This document shows, piece by piece, positions 21,236 through 31,161 of a stretch of DNA of 64,000 nt (positions are counted from its first letter, which is position 1; each line of letters begins with the position of its first letter). The notes under the pieces are model-generated. The model worked only from the letters and a program-made list of their open reading frames with translations. It did not search any database and was not told where the DNA came from. The position numbers and the translations under genes were made by a program. Origin of the DNA: Thermoplasmatota archaeon. Lineage in GTDB: Archaea; Thermoplasmatota; JAKEGO01. The DNA lies in contig JANQNK010000003.1 of NCBI GenBank assembly GCA_028279595.1, forward strand, positions 25,367 through 89,366, in the 5' to 3' direction.

Positions 21236-21405
21236 ATGAATCCCGAACCTGGGTATGGATTTCGCTTAGTTAACAATGTCCATTTGGCCATTGAACCAGT
21301 CAATTTCACAAATAGCTGTATAATTATCTAAACATGGTTATATGACGGAAATCCGGTGATAACCCCACCAAGCATTATAAACGTCAACGAACGATATCGG
21401 AGACT

Positions 21406-24400
21406 ATGCGAGCCGTTGCAGTCGACCGCGCGCTCTGTATATGTATGTGTTTTGGGATCGTTCTCCTATTCCTGGGAACCGTCACAGCGGTTACCCGTAT
21501 AGTGGACGATGACGGTGGTGGATGGGCCGACTTCACGACTGTCCAGGACGCTGTCGACGCGTCCAGCAATGGCGATAGGATCCGTATCTTTACTGGCACA
21601 TACGTCGAGAACGTCGATGTCGATGTTCCAGTAACGATCATCGGGAACGGAACGGGTGCAGTCACCATCGATGGTGACGGGTCCGGCGACTCACTCCTGC
21701 TTTCCGCCGACTGGATCAATGTCAGCGGTCTGCGGACGTCACAGGCGGATGGATACCCGAACGCCGGCATACACATCACGGGTGACAACTGCAACGTGTC
21801 CGGCGTATTGACCCGCGACAACTATTTCGGTATATTCATCGACGGCGCAACCGATTGCGCCATCCACTCCTGCGAGGTCAGGGACAACTATGGCAGCGGG
21901 ATCCACCTCCAGGAGAGTCATGGCAACACGATCTGGGGCAATACCATCGTGGATAACAATCTCGTTACACCCTCGGACGCTGACCTTATCGGCGAATGGT
22001 CCATGGACGAAGCCTCATGGACAGGGACCCCCGATGAGGTCACTGATACTTCCGGCTCGGACCTGCACGGAACCTCGTCCGGCGGAGTGGACACCTCGGC
22101 GACATCGATAGCCGGCCGGTCCGGCCGGTTCGATGGCTCCGACGACCTGGTCACTGTGGGCGACGATCCGGCCCTCGACATCACCACGGAGATGACCCTG
22201 GAGGCCTGGATGTACGCCGAAGGTGATGTCGCATCCGGGGATATCCATTTCCCTTACTTCGAGTTCGACTACTCGAGCTCTGCCTATCCCGACATCCTGC
22301 ATCTCGATGGTAGACTATATGCCGTTCTCTACACGGGTCCAGGGTCGGATGGCTTCGTCAGGACCCTGTGGCTGTCCGACAACGGTGTCATCGAGGTCGC
22401 TGACAGCTACGAGTTCGACAACTCCTATGGCGGTTATCCCTCTGCGGTGAAGGTCACCGATGGGATCATCGCCGTGGCCTATCAGGGGCCCGGGAACGAT
22501 GGGTTCCTCGCGACCATCGGCTACTCTTCGGACGGTACGATAACGACCCCCGTCATCAATTCAGTCGAATTCCACACCTCCGACGGCAGAACGCCCGACA
22601 TCATCCACGTATCGGGCGACGTCTACGCGATCGCGTTCAGAGGACCCGGTTCCGACGGCTTCATAATCACCTACGAGATCGCCTCGGACGGGACCATAAC
22701 CACGCCTGCCATCGACCAGTACGAGTACGACACCTCCAGCGGTGAGTACCCTGACATGGTCCATGTGGCGGGTGACGTCTTCGCGGTGGTCTATCAGGGT
22801 GCCAGCGACGACGGATTCGTCAGGACCATCGAGATCGCGAGCGACGGGACGATCACAACGCCTTACATCGACTCCTACGAGTTCGATACCACTTATACGG
22901 GACTTCCCCGGATCGTCCAAGTGTCGGGAGATACGTTCGCGGTCACCCACAGGTCGTCCTCCCTCCAGGGATACCTGAGGACACTGGACATCGCTTCGAA
23001 CGGGACGATCTCAGGCCAGCTCGACTCCCTCGTGTTCGACAGCAACATGTGTTACGCTCCAGTGCCCATTCACATGACCGGGGATATCTTCGCGGTCGTC
23101 TACAGGGGGCCCGGCGACGATGGTTGGACCGTTACCCTAGATATCCCGTCGAACGGGGACCTCTCCGCCGGACTTACCGACAGGTTCGAGTTCGAACCGT
23201 CCACCGCCATCTATGGTGAACCGATCCGACTGGCGGACGGCATGGTCGCGGTCGCGTTCCGCGGTCCTGGTTCCGACGGCTTCATCAGTACGTTCGCAAT
23301 CGACGGGAGCGGGACCATGTCCGGTCACAGGGCGGTCCTCGAAGCCTCGAGCGCATACGAATCGAGCGCCGTTCACGTCAGCGGAGAGGTCTACGCGGTA
23401 GCATTCCGCGGTGCCTTCTCCACTGGACGTCTGGTGACTGTGACGATAGCCGACAATGGCACGATGGGAGCCGTGGTCGACACCGTCTTCTTCCAGGACG
23501 AATACGCGGTGAATCCGAACCTCATCCACATCTCCGGTACCACGTACGCCATCGCCCACACCGGACCGGGGAACCTGGGCGACCTGATCACCATCGACAT
23601 CGCAGCGGACGGGAACATCGGTGCCAGTCCACTGGACTCATACAGGTTCGACACCTCCTACTGCTACAAGCCGGACCTCCTCCACGTCTCCGGGGACATA
23701 TACGCCGTCGCCTACGAGGGGCGGAGCAGCGACGGATACGTCAGGACCCTGGAGATCGCATCCAACGGCACGATCGCACAATCTGCGGTGGACTCCTACG
23801 AGTTCCACACCTCGAACGGCAGGGACCCATCGATAGCCCATGTCTCCGGAGACGTCTACATCCTTGCGTTCAGGTCGGGCGGCAACGACGGTTTCGTCAG
23901 GACCTTCGACATGGCGTCCGACGGGAACATCGGAGGGACCATCGACACCTACGAGTTCGACACCTCCAACGGTTACGACCCTGACATCATCCACATCGCT
24001 GGAGATACATATGCCGTGGCCTACCAGGGATCTGGATCGGACGGCTTCATTCGGACGATCGAGGTGGAGACCGATGGTGACATCGATACTCCCTACAACG
24101 ACAGCCTGGAATACGACACATCGGCCGGCAGGACGCCGGACATCTTCCGGATCGACGGAGATACCTTCGGGATCGCCTACAGGGGCTCCAGCGACGACGG
24201 GTTCGTCCGGACCATGGACATCGCGGTCGATGGGTCGATCAGTGCGGTCGTAGATACCCTCGAGTTCGACACGAGCGACGGAGGCGAGCCCTGCGTTCTC
24301 ATGCTTTCCAGCGGGGTCTACGCAGCCTTCTACAGGGGCGGCGACATCGACGGCAAGGTAGCCTCGATGGACATATCGGATGCGGGAGCCGTGGGCGGGG

Positions 24401-27400
24401 TCATCGACACCCTGGCCTTCGAGGCGGACTCCATGAGGATGCCCAGGTTCATCCACATTTCCGGTGACGTCTACGCCATTGCCTACACCGGTGCGAACTC
24501 GGCCGGATTCGTATCGACGATCACCATGGACAGTGACGGAAAGGTATCCTCGGGTCCCATCGACAGATTGATGTTCGAGGCTGGGACCTGCTACGAGCCG
24601 TCCATTGTTCATGTTTCTGGAGACCATTTCGCAATCGCATACCGCGGACCCGACAACGACGGATTCGTGACTACCGTCGAGATATCCACTGATGGTTCCA
24701 TCCCGGGGATGGACGACGTCCTCGAGTTCACGACCGCCGAATGCTACGAGCCATCCATTGTCCACGTGTCCGGCGAATACTTCGCGGTCGCCTTCCGCGG
24801 GAACGGCAACGACGGCTTCATCGTGACCCTCGAGATCTCATCGACAGGAATGATCCTCAGTACCGTGGACATCCTCGAGTTCGACACCGTCGACGGCTAC
24901 TGGCCGGACATCGTCCATGTCGCCGGCGACACCTTCGCCGTAGCCGCACGGGGCCAGGGCGGGGACGGCTTCGTCACCACGGTCGGTATCGCCACCGATG
25001 GGACCATCAGCGGCGTCATCGATGCCCTCGAGTTCGATACATCGGAGTGCAATTACCCCGATCTGTTCCACGTCACAGCGAACCTCTTTGCGGTTGCATA
25101 CCGGGGGTCGGGGAACGACGGTTTCATCCGCTCGTTCACGATCTATCCGAACGGGACCCTGGGGCCGACATTGGACACCTTCGAGTTCGATACGTCGGAG
25201 TGCGCCCACCCCGAGGTCGTACTGATGTCGGGATCCCTGTTCGCGATAGCATATCAGGGTTCAGGATCCGATGGTTTCGTGACCACCATCATGATCTCCT
25301 CGGATGGCGCCATCAGCGACCCATATCTCGACAGGTTCGAGTTCGACGTGTCAGAGGGAAGGGAACCGTGCATCGTCAGACTGTCATCCTCGAACTTCGC
25401 CGTGGCATACCGCGGGTCATACATGGTCGGCTACGTGATCTCCGGCGGGCTCATCGACCTTACAGGCATCAAGGGCATCACCAAATCGGAGGCATACGGG
25501 ATCCATACCGATACCGGACTCGCCTACTGCACACTGAACGGAAACACACTGAGCGGACCCGTCGTACCCGGATGGAACCATGTCGCGATGACCTACGACA
25601 GGACGGCGCTATCGGACCAGCACAGGCTCTACATAAACGGTATCCTGGTCGACACAGCGAACGGGAACGACCCGATCGACACCAACTCCGCCGACCTGAG
25701 GATGGGAGACAGTTTCTGGGGATACATCGACGAGGTTAGGCTGCACGACGCGGCGCTCGACCCGGACGTCCTCAGGGCGGACGTTTCCGCCGGTATCCAT
25801 CTCTGGCTTTCGGAGAACAATACGATCGCCTTCAACGACATCGACGGCAATCGGTTCGGTATCCGCTCCGAGGGGTCGTGGAACGAGGTCGTCAGGAACA
25901 ACAACATCACCTCCAACACCTACTCGGGAATACTGTATACCAGGGATTGCGGCGACAACTCGGTCCTGTACAACATCATAGACGGGAATGGTGACGGGAT
26001 CGTCGTCAACGGAACCGGCAACGTCAATGCGACCCGTAACTACTGGGGATCGCCGGGCGGCCCCTCGGGGTCCGGTCCAGGATCGGGCGACAGCGTCAGC
26101 GGCAATGTGGACTACGGCCCATGGTATGCGACGGTGACGACCACTCCTTCGCGGGAATTCCACAACCTTTCGAAGGGATCCACGGACATCGCACTCTCCG
26201 ACTCCATTTCAGGGGTCATGTCCGCTGCGGAAGCTGGGGACGTCCTCACGATAGGAGCTGGTACGTTCTCCGAGAACATCGTCATCAGCGTATCGATGAC
26301 GGTGAGGGGCGGGGGATCCACAGTGTCAACGATATCCCCGGCAGCAGGCGACACCGTAACGGTATCAGCAGCAAATGTCAGAATAGACAACCTCACCCTC
26401 TCCGGGTCCGGAGACACGATTGTCGCCGGAAGCCAACCGGGGCTCGTCATCAGGGATTCGGTCATCACCTCGACCGGCGGGTTCGCGGTCAATGTCACCG
26501 GAGCCCAGGACGTGAATGCCAGCTACAACCACTGGGGGACCATCTCGCAGTCCGTCATCGAGAGCGGCATTTACGATTCCAATGACAATCCTGTGCTCGG
26601 GACCGTATCCATTGCGCCCTGGTACAATGCGGCCATGGACACGCTCTTCACTCCGGACGGAGACCCGCCGACGACCTCGATGACCATCGGAGACCCGAAC
26701 TTCGGGACCGATCCGATCCTCGTCCTGCCGACCACCAGGTTCACCCTCACCGCCGACGATGGTGCGGGAAGCGGAGTGAACATCACGGTCTACCATCTTG
26801 ACGGCGGCGCACCGGTCACATACACGAATCCCTTCGCTGTCGCAGCCCTCGGCGACCATACGATCGGGTATTACTCGATCGACCTCCTCGGGAACGTCGA
26901 GGCCGTCCACACGTTGAACATCACGGTCGACGACACGGTGCCCTCATCGATCTATCCCGATCTTCAACTATCGATCGCCACCACTCCTGAATACGTCACG
27001 CTAATAGACAGGAACATAACCGTCATCGCAGGAGTGTACAACTATGGCAACTTCACACGGACGGGCGACTACACCTACACCGATCCCGAGACCGGGGGCG
27101 TCGTCTCGGCGACGACAGACGACATCTTCATCATCTTCGAGTACAGCGACGACGGAGCGGTATGGACGGAGTTCGCATACAGACGTATCGATTCCTCTGA
27201 TGTCAGGCCCGGAGGGACCGGCGTCGGAATGGCGAACCACATGGTGACCTCAGACGACCGGTTGGAGTTCCGGGCAACGATCTGGTACGAGCCCAATGAC
27301 GCCACAGGGCAGTACGAACCGACGAACGCGCTCGGAGCCCGGATCCATCCTGATACCGAGGATGTCAATGTCGCGCTGATCGCAGAGAAGACCCAGACAG

Positions 27401-27492
27401 GCACCTCGTTCATGCCCGGGACAGCAGCCCTTGCCGTGGCGGCCGTCGCTGCCTCTGCAGTGATATGTCATGTCAGAAAGGATGAGGACTGA
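21406..27492 (+). CDS. Giant (2028 aa) surface protein: NosD-like beta-helix, a LamG jelly-roll split by ~22 tandem 47-aa repeats, more beta-helix, and a PGF-CTERM-like tail
   Basis: It has a signal peptide. The first LamG_3 half is at ~21976-22250 (GEWSMDEASWTGTPDEVTDTSGSDLHGTSSGG...LEAWMYAEGD). The second half is at ~25486-25770 (WNHVAMTYDRTALSDQHRLYINGILVD...GYIDEVRLHDAALDPDVL). The repeat consensus is YEFDTSxGxxPDIIHVSGDxYAVAYRGxGxDGFVRTxxIASDGTIxxxxIDS. The C-terminus MPGTAALAVAAVAASAVICHVRKDED has a P-G-T motif, a TM helix and basic residues. Confidence 0.75.
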   Translation: MRAVAVDRALCICMCFGIVLLFLGTVTAVTRIVDDDGGGWADFTTVQDAVDASSNGDRIRIFTGTYVENVDVDVPVTIIGNGTGAVTIDGDGSGDSLLLSADWINVSGLRTSQADGYPNAGIHITGDNCNVSGVLTRDNYFGIFIDGATDCAIHSCEVRDNYGSGIHLQESHGNTIWGNTIVDNNLVTPSDADLIGEWSMDEASWTGTPDEVTDTSGSDLHGTSSGGVDTSATSIAGRSGRFDGSDDLVTVGDDPALDITTEMTLEAWMYAEGDVASGDIHFPYFEFDYSSSAYPDILHLDGRLYAVLYTGPGSDGFVRTLWLSDNGVIEVADSYEFDNSYGGYPSAVKVTDGIIAVAYQGPGNDGFLATIGYSSDGTITTPVINSVEFHTSDGRTPDIIHVSGDVYAIAFRGPGSDGFIITYEIASDGTITTPAIDQYEYDTSSGEYPDMVHVAGDVFAVVYQGASDDGFVRTIEIASDGTITTPYIDSYEFDTTYTGLPRIVQVSGDTFAVTHRSSSLQGYLRTLDIASNGTISGQLDSLVFDSNMCYAPVPIHMTGDIFAVVYRGPGDDGWTVTLDIPSNGDLSAGLTDRFEFEPSTAIYGEPIRLADGMVAVAFRGPGSDGFISTFAIDGSGTMSGHRAVLEASSAYESSAVHVSGEVYAVAFRGAFSTGRLVTVTIADNGTMGAVVDTVFFQDEYAVNPNLIHISGTTYAIAHTGPGNLGDLITIDIAADGNIGASPLDSYRFDTSYCYKPDLLHVSGDIYAVAYEGRSSDGYVRTLEIASNGTIAQSAVDSYEFHTSNGRDPSIAHVSGDVYILAFRSGGNDGFVRTFDMASDGNIGGTIDTYEFDTSNGYDPDIIHIAGDTYAVAYQGSGSDGFIRTIEVETDGDIDTPYNDSLEYDTSAGRTPDIFRIDGDTFGIAYRGSSDDGFVRTMDIAVDGSISAVVDTLEFDTSDGGEPCVLMLSSGVYAAFYRGGDIDGKVASMDISDAGAVGGVIDTLAFEADSMRMPRFIHISGDVYAIAYTGANSAGFVSTITMDSDGKVSSGPIDRLMFEAGTCYEPSIVHVSGDHFAIAYRGPDNDGFVTTVEISTDGSIPGMDDVLEFTTAECYEPSIVHVSGEYFAVAFRGNGNDGFIVTLEISSTGMILSTVDILEFDTVDGYWPDIVHVAGDTFAVAARGQGGDGFVTTVGIATDGTISGVIDALEFDTSECNYPDLFHVTANLFAVAYRGSGNDGFIRSFTIYPNGTLGPTLDTFEFDTSECAHPEVVLMSGSLFAIAYQGSGSDGFVTTIMISSDGAISDPYLDRFEFDVSEGREPCIVRLSSSNFAVAYRGSYMVGYVISGGLIDLTGIKGITKSEAYGIHTDTGLAYCTLNGNTLSGPVVPGWNHVAMTYDRTALSDQHRLYINGILVDTANGNDPIDTNSADLRMGDSFWGYIDEVRLHDAALDPDVLRADVSAGIHLWLSENNTIAFNDIDGNRFGIRSEGSWNEVVRNNNITSNTYSGILYTRDCGDNSVLYNIIDGNGDGIVVNGTGNVNATRNYWGSPGGPSGSGPGSGDSVSGNVDYGPWYATVTTTPSREFHNLSKGSTDIALSDSISGVMSAAEAGDVLTIGAGTFSENIVISVSMTVRGGGSTVSTISPAAGDTVTVSAANVRIDNLTLSGSGDTIVAGSQPGLVIRDSVITSTGGFAVNVTGAQDVNASYNHWGTISQSVIESGIYDSNDNPVLGTVSIAPWYNAAMDTLFTPDGDPPTTSMTIGDPNFGTDPILVLPTTRFTLTADDGAGSGVNITVYHLDGGAPVTYTNPFAVAALGDHTIGYYSIDLLGNVEAVHTLNITVDDTVPSSIYPDLQLSIATTPEYVTLIDRNITVIAGVYNYGNFTRTGDYTYTDPETGGVVSATTDDIFIIFEYSDDGAVWTEFAYRRIDSSDVRPGGTGVGMANHMVTSDDRLEFRATIWYEPNDATGQYEPTNALGARIHPDTEDVNVALIAEKTQTGTSFMPGTAALAVAAVAASAVICHVRKDED

Positions 27493-27496
27493 CTAT

Positions 27497-28279
27497 TCAC
27501 GAATCGATACCGTCGATGAACTCCCGCAGGGCATCGGCCGTCTCAACGGGCCTCTCGATGGACGGTGAATGGCCGCAGTCCTCCATGACGACCCTTCTGG
27601 ACCCCTTTATCCCCTCGAGCAGGGCGTCCGAGTGGTAGAACCTGAGCATCCTGTCCTCAGTTCCGTGAATGATCAGTGTCGGTGTCTCGATCTCATTCAA
27701 CCTGTCGTTCGTGGACCATCTGACCATTCCCTTGATGCAGCCCCTGAGCCTGGTCTTCCTGTGGTTCACGACGATCTCGTCCAGGAGCTTGAGTCCCCGT
27801 TCGGGCGTCCTGGCTGCATTGACCGCATAGCGCCTCCCGAACCATCTCATGCACGGTTTGAAACCGAATACATACATGAGCGGCGACAGGGGGACCAGGA
27901 CCCACCAGTTCTTCTCCCTCTTCGGCACAGAGGTGGTGTCCATCAGGACGATGCCTGCTGCGGCCCTGGGGTGCGCGAGGACGATCTCCTGCGTCGTCAT
28001 CCCTCCCATCGAGTGGCCGCAGATCACCGGTCGGATGTCGAGCTCCACAATGAGGTCGTGGACCGTGTCGGCAAGGTCCGGGGGTCTGCATGGCACCTCC
28101 TTCCCGAGCTCCATCGACTCGCCGAAACCTGGCAGGTCCACCGCCACGCATCTGTAACCGTCAAGGAGTTCCGTCACCTCTTCGAAATAACGGGTACACG
28201 CGCCCCATCCATGGATGAACAGGATGACAGGGCCTTCGCCACCTGTGTCCGTGTAGAACATGCCTGAACGTGCTCGCAT
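27497..28279 (-). CDS. Alpha/beta hydrolase
   Basis: It has an HGWG oxyanion motif and a GHSMGG nucleophile elbow. The start is probably the internal Met (MRARSGMFYTD); the ORF extends to 28357. Confidence 0.75.
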   Translation of the reverse strand: MRARSGMFYTDTGGEGPVILFIHGWGACTRYFEEVTELLDGYRCVAVDLPGFGESMELGKEVPCRPPDLADTVHDLIVELDIRPVICGHSMGGMTTQEIVLAHPRAAAGIVLMDTTSVPKREKNWWVLVPLSPLMYVFGFKPCMRWFGRRYAVNAARTPERGLKLLDEIVVNHRKTRLRGCIKGMVRWSTNDRLNEIETPTLIIHGTEDRMLRFYHSDALLEGIKGSRRVVMEDCGHSPSIERPVETADALREFIDGIDS

Positions 28280-28389
28280 GTTGTCGGGTACTGTCAATGC
28301 AATGAAAAGGGTTCCGCTCCTGCGGGACCGAAGCGGGAATGCCTGACTGCCTGACATGTCATCGATAACCCTTTAAAACAAGGTCTCCA

Positions 28390-29781
28390 TTGCACGGCGG
28401 GGTATCGATGGACTTGGATATCGACAGGACGATGAACGCCGCCCTGAAGGCGGATGTAGAGTACTGCGACGTCAGGATGGAATCCACCTCCGGACTGAAC
28501 ATCGAGATGCGCGACAGGACGGTCGAGAAGGCCGTCCACGGGATCCAGGAGGGCATGGCCATCCGGGTCCTCAAGGGAGGCGCATGGGGCTTCTTCTCGA
28601 CGAACCTTCCAATGGACGGCGGGGAGATGGTCGAGAGGGCGGTCATGAACGCCGAGGTCGTGCAGAACGGCGACGCGATCATCGCCGAGGTGACGCCCGA
28701 GACCGGCGAGGTCAGCCTCCCGGTGAAGGTCAACCCGTTGGACGTACCGATCGAGGAAAAGCTCTCGTTCCTCAACGACCTCGTGGGATCGGTCCTCGGT
28801 GTCGAGAAGGCTTCGTCCGTCCAGATCACCTACGACGACGGTGTGAGGAACGTCCATATCGCAAGCACCGAGGGTACAGACGTCCGGAGCCAGGTCACAA
28901 CGACCATGGCGCAGGCGAACGTCACCGCAAGGGACGGCTCGGAGATGGTAGGCTACCGCCTCCGCGTCGGAGGGACCCAGGGCTTCGAGATGCTCGACGA
29001 CTCCGTGATCCAGGCGGGAGAGGAGACCGCAAGGAAGGCGGTATCCCTTCTGTCGGCCGGACATCCTCCATCAGGTTCATTCCCTATGATCACCGACCCG
29101 GAGCTCACCGGGGTCTTCGTCCACGAGGCAGTGGGACACGCGGTCGAAGCGGACCTCGTCGCCACTGGTGGGTCCATACTCGACGGCCGCCTCGGAGAGA
29201 TGATCGGCCACGAGTCCGTTTACATCTACGACGACCCCACCATTCCCGGGGCCTTCGGCAGCTTCCCCTTCGATCACGAGGGTGTTCGCAGCAAGAGGAA
29301 GGACATCATCGTTGACGGCCAGTTGATGGATTTCATCAACAACAGGGAGACCGCCGCAAGGCTCGGCATACCCGTCAACGGAGGTTCCCGCGCCATGAGC
29401 TACGGCGTCAGACCCATCGTCAGGATGAGCAACACGATGATGGGACCGGGCGATATGACCCTCGAGGAGCTCATCGAGGGCGTCAAGTACGGCGTTATCG
29501 CCAAGGGCACCCGCGGAGGTCACGTCGACACGGAGAAGGGCACCTTCCAGTTCAGCGCCTCGGAGGCTCATCTCATCGAGAAGGGTGAGCTCACCGAGGT
29601 CCTGCGCGACGTCTCCCTGACGGGGGACATCCTCAGCACCCTGAAGGACATCGACGGGATGACGAAGGAGACGATCCTCGGTCAGCCAGGGTTCTGCGGG
29701 AAGGGCGACATGCAGATCGTCCCCGTCGGCGACGGTGGACCGTTCGTCAGGTTCAAGAACGTCATGATAGGGGGTCGATAG
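28390..29781 (+). CDS. tldD: TldD-family metalloprotease
   Basis: 463 aa. It has the HExxxH-like HEAVGHAVEAD motif and the GxC..G C-terminal region typical of TldD/PmbA. It is followed 2 bp later by its partner gene. Confidence 0.85.
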   Translation: MHGGVSMDLDIDRTMNAALKADVEYCDVRMESTSGLNIEMRDRTVEKAVHGIQEGMAIRVLKGGAWGFFSTNLPMDGGEMVERAVMNAEVVQNGDAIIAEVTPETGEVSLPVKVNPLDVPIEEKLSFLNDLVGSVLGVEKASSVQITYDDGVRNVHIASTEGTDVRSQVTTTMAQANVTARDGSEMVGYRLRVGGTQGFEMLDDSVIQAGEETARKAVSLLSAGHPPSGSFPMITDPELTGVFVHEAVGHAVEADLVATGGSILDGRLGEMIGHESVYIYDDPTIPGAFGSFPFDHEGVRSKRKDIIVDGQLMDFINNRETAARLGIPVNGGSRAMSYGVRPIVRMSNTMMGPGDMTLEELIEGVKYGVIAKGTRGGHVDTEKGTFQFSASEAHLIEKGELTEVLRDVSLTGDILSTLKDIDGMTKETILGQPGFCGKGDMQIVPVGDGGPFVRFKNVMIGGR

Positions 29782-29782
29782 A

Positions 29783-31147
29783 ATGCCCCTGTACACGATC
29801 GATGAGCTGATCGGGACCGCCGACGATGTCATTGCCAGATGGAGGGACAGGCTGGACGGCCTCGAGCTCTTCATGCTCAGACATCACGGCAATTCCGTAT
29901 CCGCCGAGAAGGACAACATAGTGCGCTCGACGGGCAACGATGAGTTCGGCATCGGGATCCGGGCCGTGTCCGACGGCAAGCTCGGATTCTCCTACTGTAC
30001 CGATCCAGGAACGATCGACGCTGCTGTCGATTCCGCCATCTCCCTGTCACGGCTTGGACCCGAGGTCTCGGACCCGTTCAGGCCCTCCAGCGAGACCGAC
30101 GTGCCGGACCTGTTCGACAATCGGACGTCGGAGATCGGTGTCGAGGAGTTGAGGGACACGGTCCAGTCGCTCATCGACGGCGCGAAAGGGATCGACAGCG
30201 AGGTGATAGTGACCTCTGGCGGAGCGAGCGCATTCGTCGAGGAGATAGTGATCGCGAACACCGCTGGCCCCGCGGTCTCGCACAAGGGTACGTACGCCTC
30301 CGTGGGACTGGGCACCCTCTACAAGAGCGACCCCCCGGCGACAGGTTTCGACGGTACAGTGTCCCGAAGGGCTGACGCTGATGCAGCGGAGCTCGCCGAG
30401 AGGGCGGTCGAGATGGCCCGGATGAGCATGGACCCCGTCAAGGACAAGGGTGGTGCGAGGACCATCGTACTGAGGCACTCCGCCCTCTCCGACATCCTCG
30501 AGTTCACGCTCTATCCTGCACTGATCGGGGGTACCGCCCTCAAGGGCAATTCGATATTCAGCGAGAGGATCGGCCATAGCATCGGATCCGAGGTCCTGAC
30601 GATCACCGATGTCCAGGACATGCCCGGGGGATGCGGAGCCTCACCCTTCGATGACGAGGGAATGGCTTCGAGGAGACTGCCCCTCATCGAGAAGGGCGTT
30701 CTCAAGGCATATCTGCACGACCAGGGGAGCGCACAGGAGCACGGGGAAGAGAGCACCGCGAGCGCCAAGAGGAGCGAGAGATGGTCGTCCTCCAGGTCGT
30801 TCAGGGCGCCTCCGGCGCCGCGGACCAGGAACGTGTTCGTCGACGGCACTGTTGACGACGTCGTGGCCGAGGTCGACGACGGCATCTTCGTCGTTGCGGT
30901 CATGGGGGCACACACCTCCAACCCGGTGTCGGGCGACTTCTCCCTGAACACGAACATAGCTTTCAAGATCGAGAAGGGTGAGATCACGGACGCGCTGAGA
31001 CCCATGATGATCGCCGGGAACATCACCGATGTCCTGAATGGGACGTCTATGGTCGGAAGTGACCACCATTTCCACGCTGGCTCCATGTCGGCCGTGGGTG
31101 GATACCTCCCTTCGATCGTCGTCGACGGACTGAACGTCACAAGCTGA
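29783..31147 (+). CDS. pmbA: TldE/PmbA-family protein (partner of TldD)
   Basis: 454 aa and similar in length and fold. It lacks the HExxxH motif, as TldE/PmbA proteins do. It is in a tandem, coupled arrangement with tldD. Confidence 0.8.
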   Translation: MPLYTIDELIGTADDVIARWRDRLDGLELFMLRHHGNSVSAEKDNIVRSTGNDEFGIGIRAVSDGKLGFSYCTDPGTIDAAVDSAISLSRLGPEVSDPFRPSSETDVPDLFDNRTSEIGVEELRDTVQSLIDGAKGIDSEVIVTSGGASAFVEEIVIANTAGPAVSHKGTYASVGLGTLYKSDPPATGFDGTVSRRADADAAELAERAVEMARMSMDPVKDKGGARTIVLRHSALSDILEFTLYPALIGGTALKGNSIFSERIGHSIGSEVLTITDVQDMPGGCGASPFDDEGMASRRLPLIEKGVLKAYLHDQGSAQEHGEESTASAKRSERWSSSRSFRAPPAPRTRNVFVDGTVDDVVAEVDDGIFVVAVMGAHTSNPVSGDFSLNTNIAFKIEKGEITDALRPMMIAGNITDVLNGTSMVGSDHHFHAGSMSAVGGYLPSIVVDGLNVTS

Positions 31148-31161
31148 GGAGGAATGTTAAC

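Noticed and set aside
23638-25739. Long antisense or alternative-frame ORFs (375 aa on the minus strand, 332 aa on the plus strand) within the giant surface-protein gene
   Set aside because: They are embedded in a gene with clear repeat and domain structure. They are Arg/Gly/Asp-rich and show no independent start or promoter signals.
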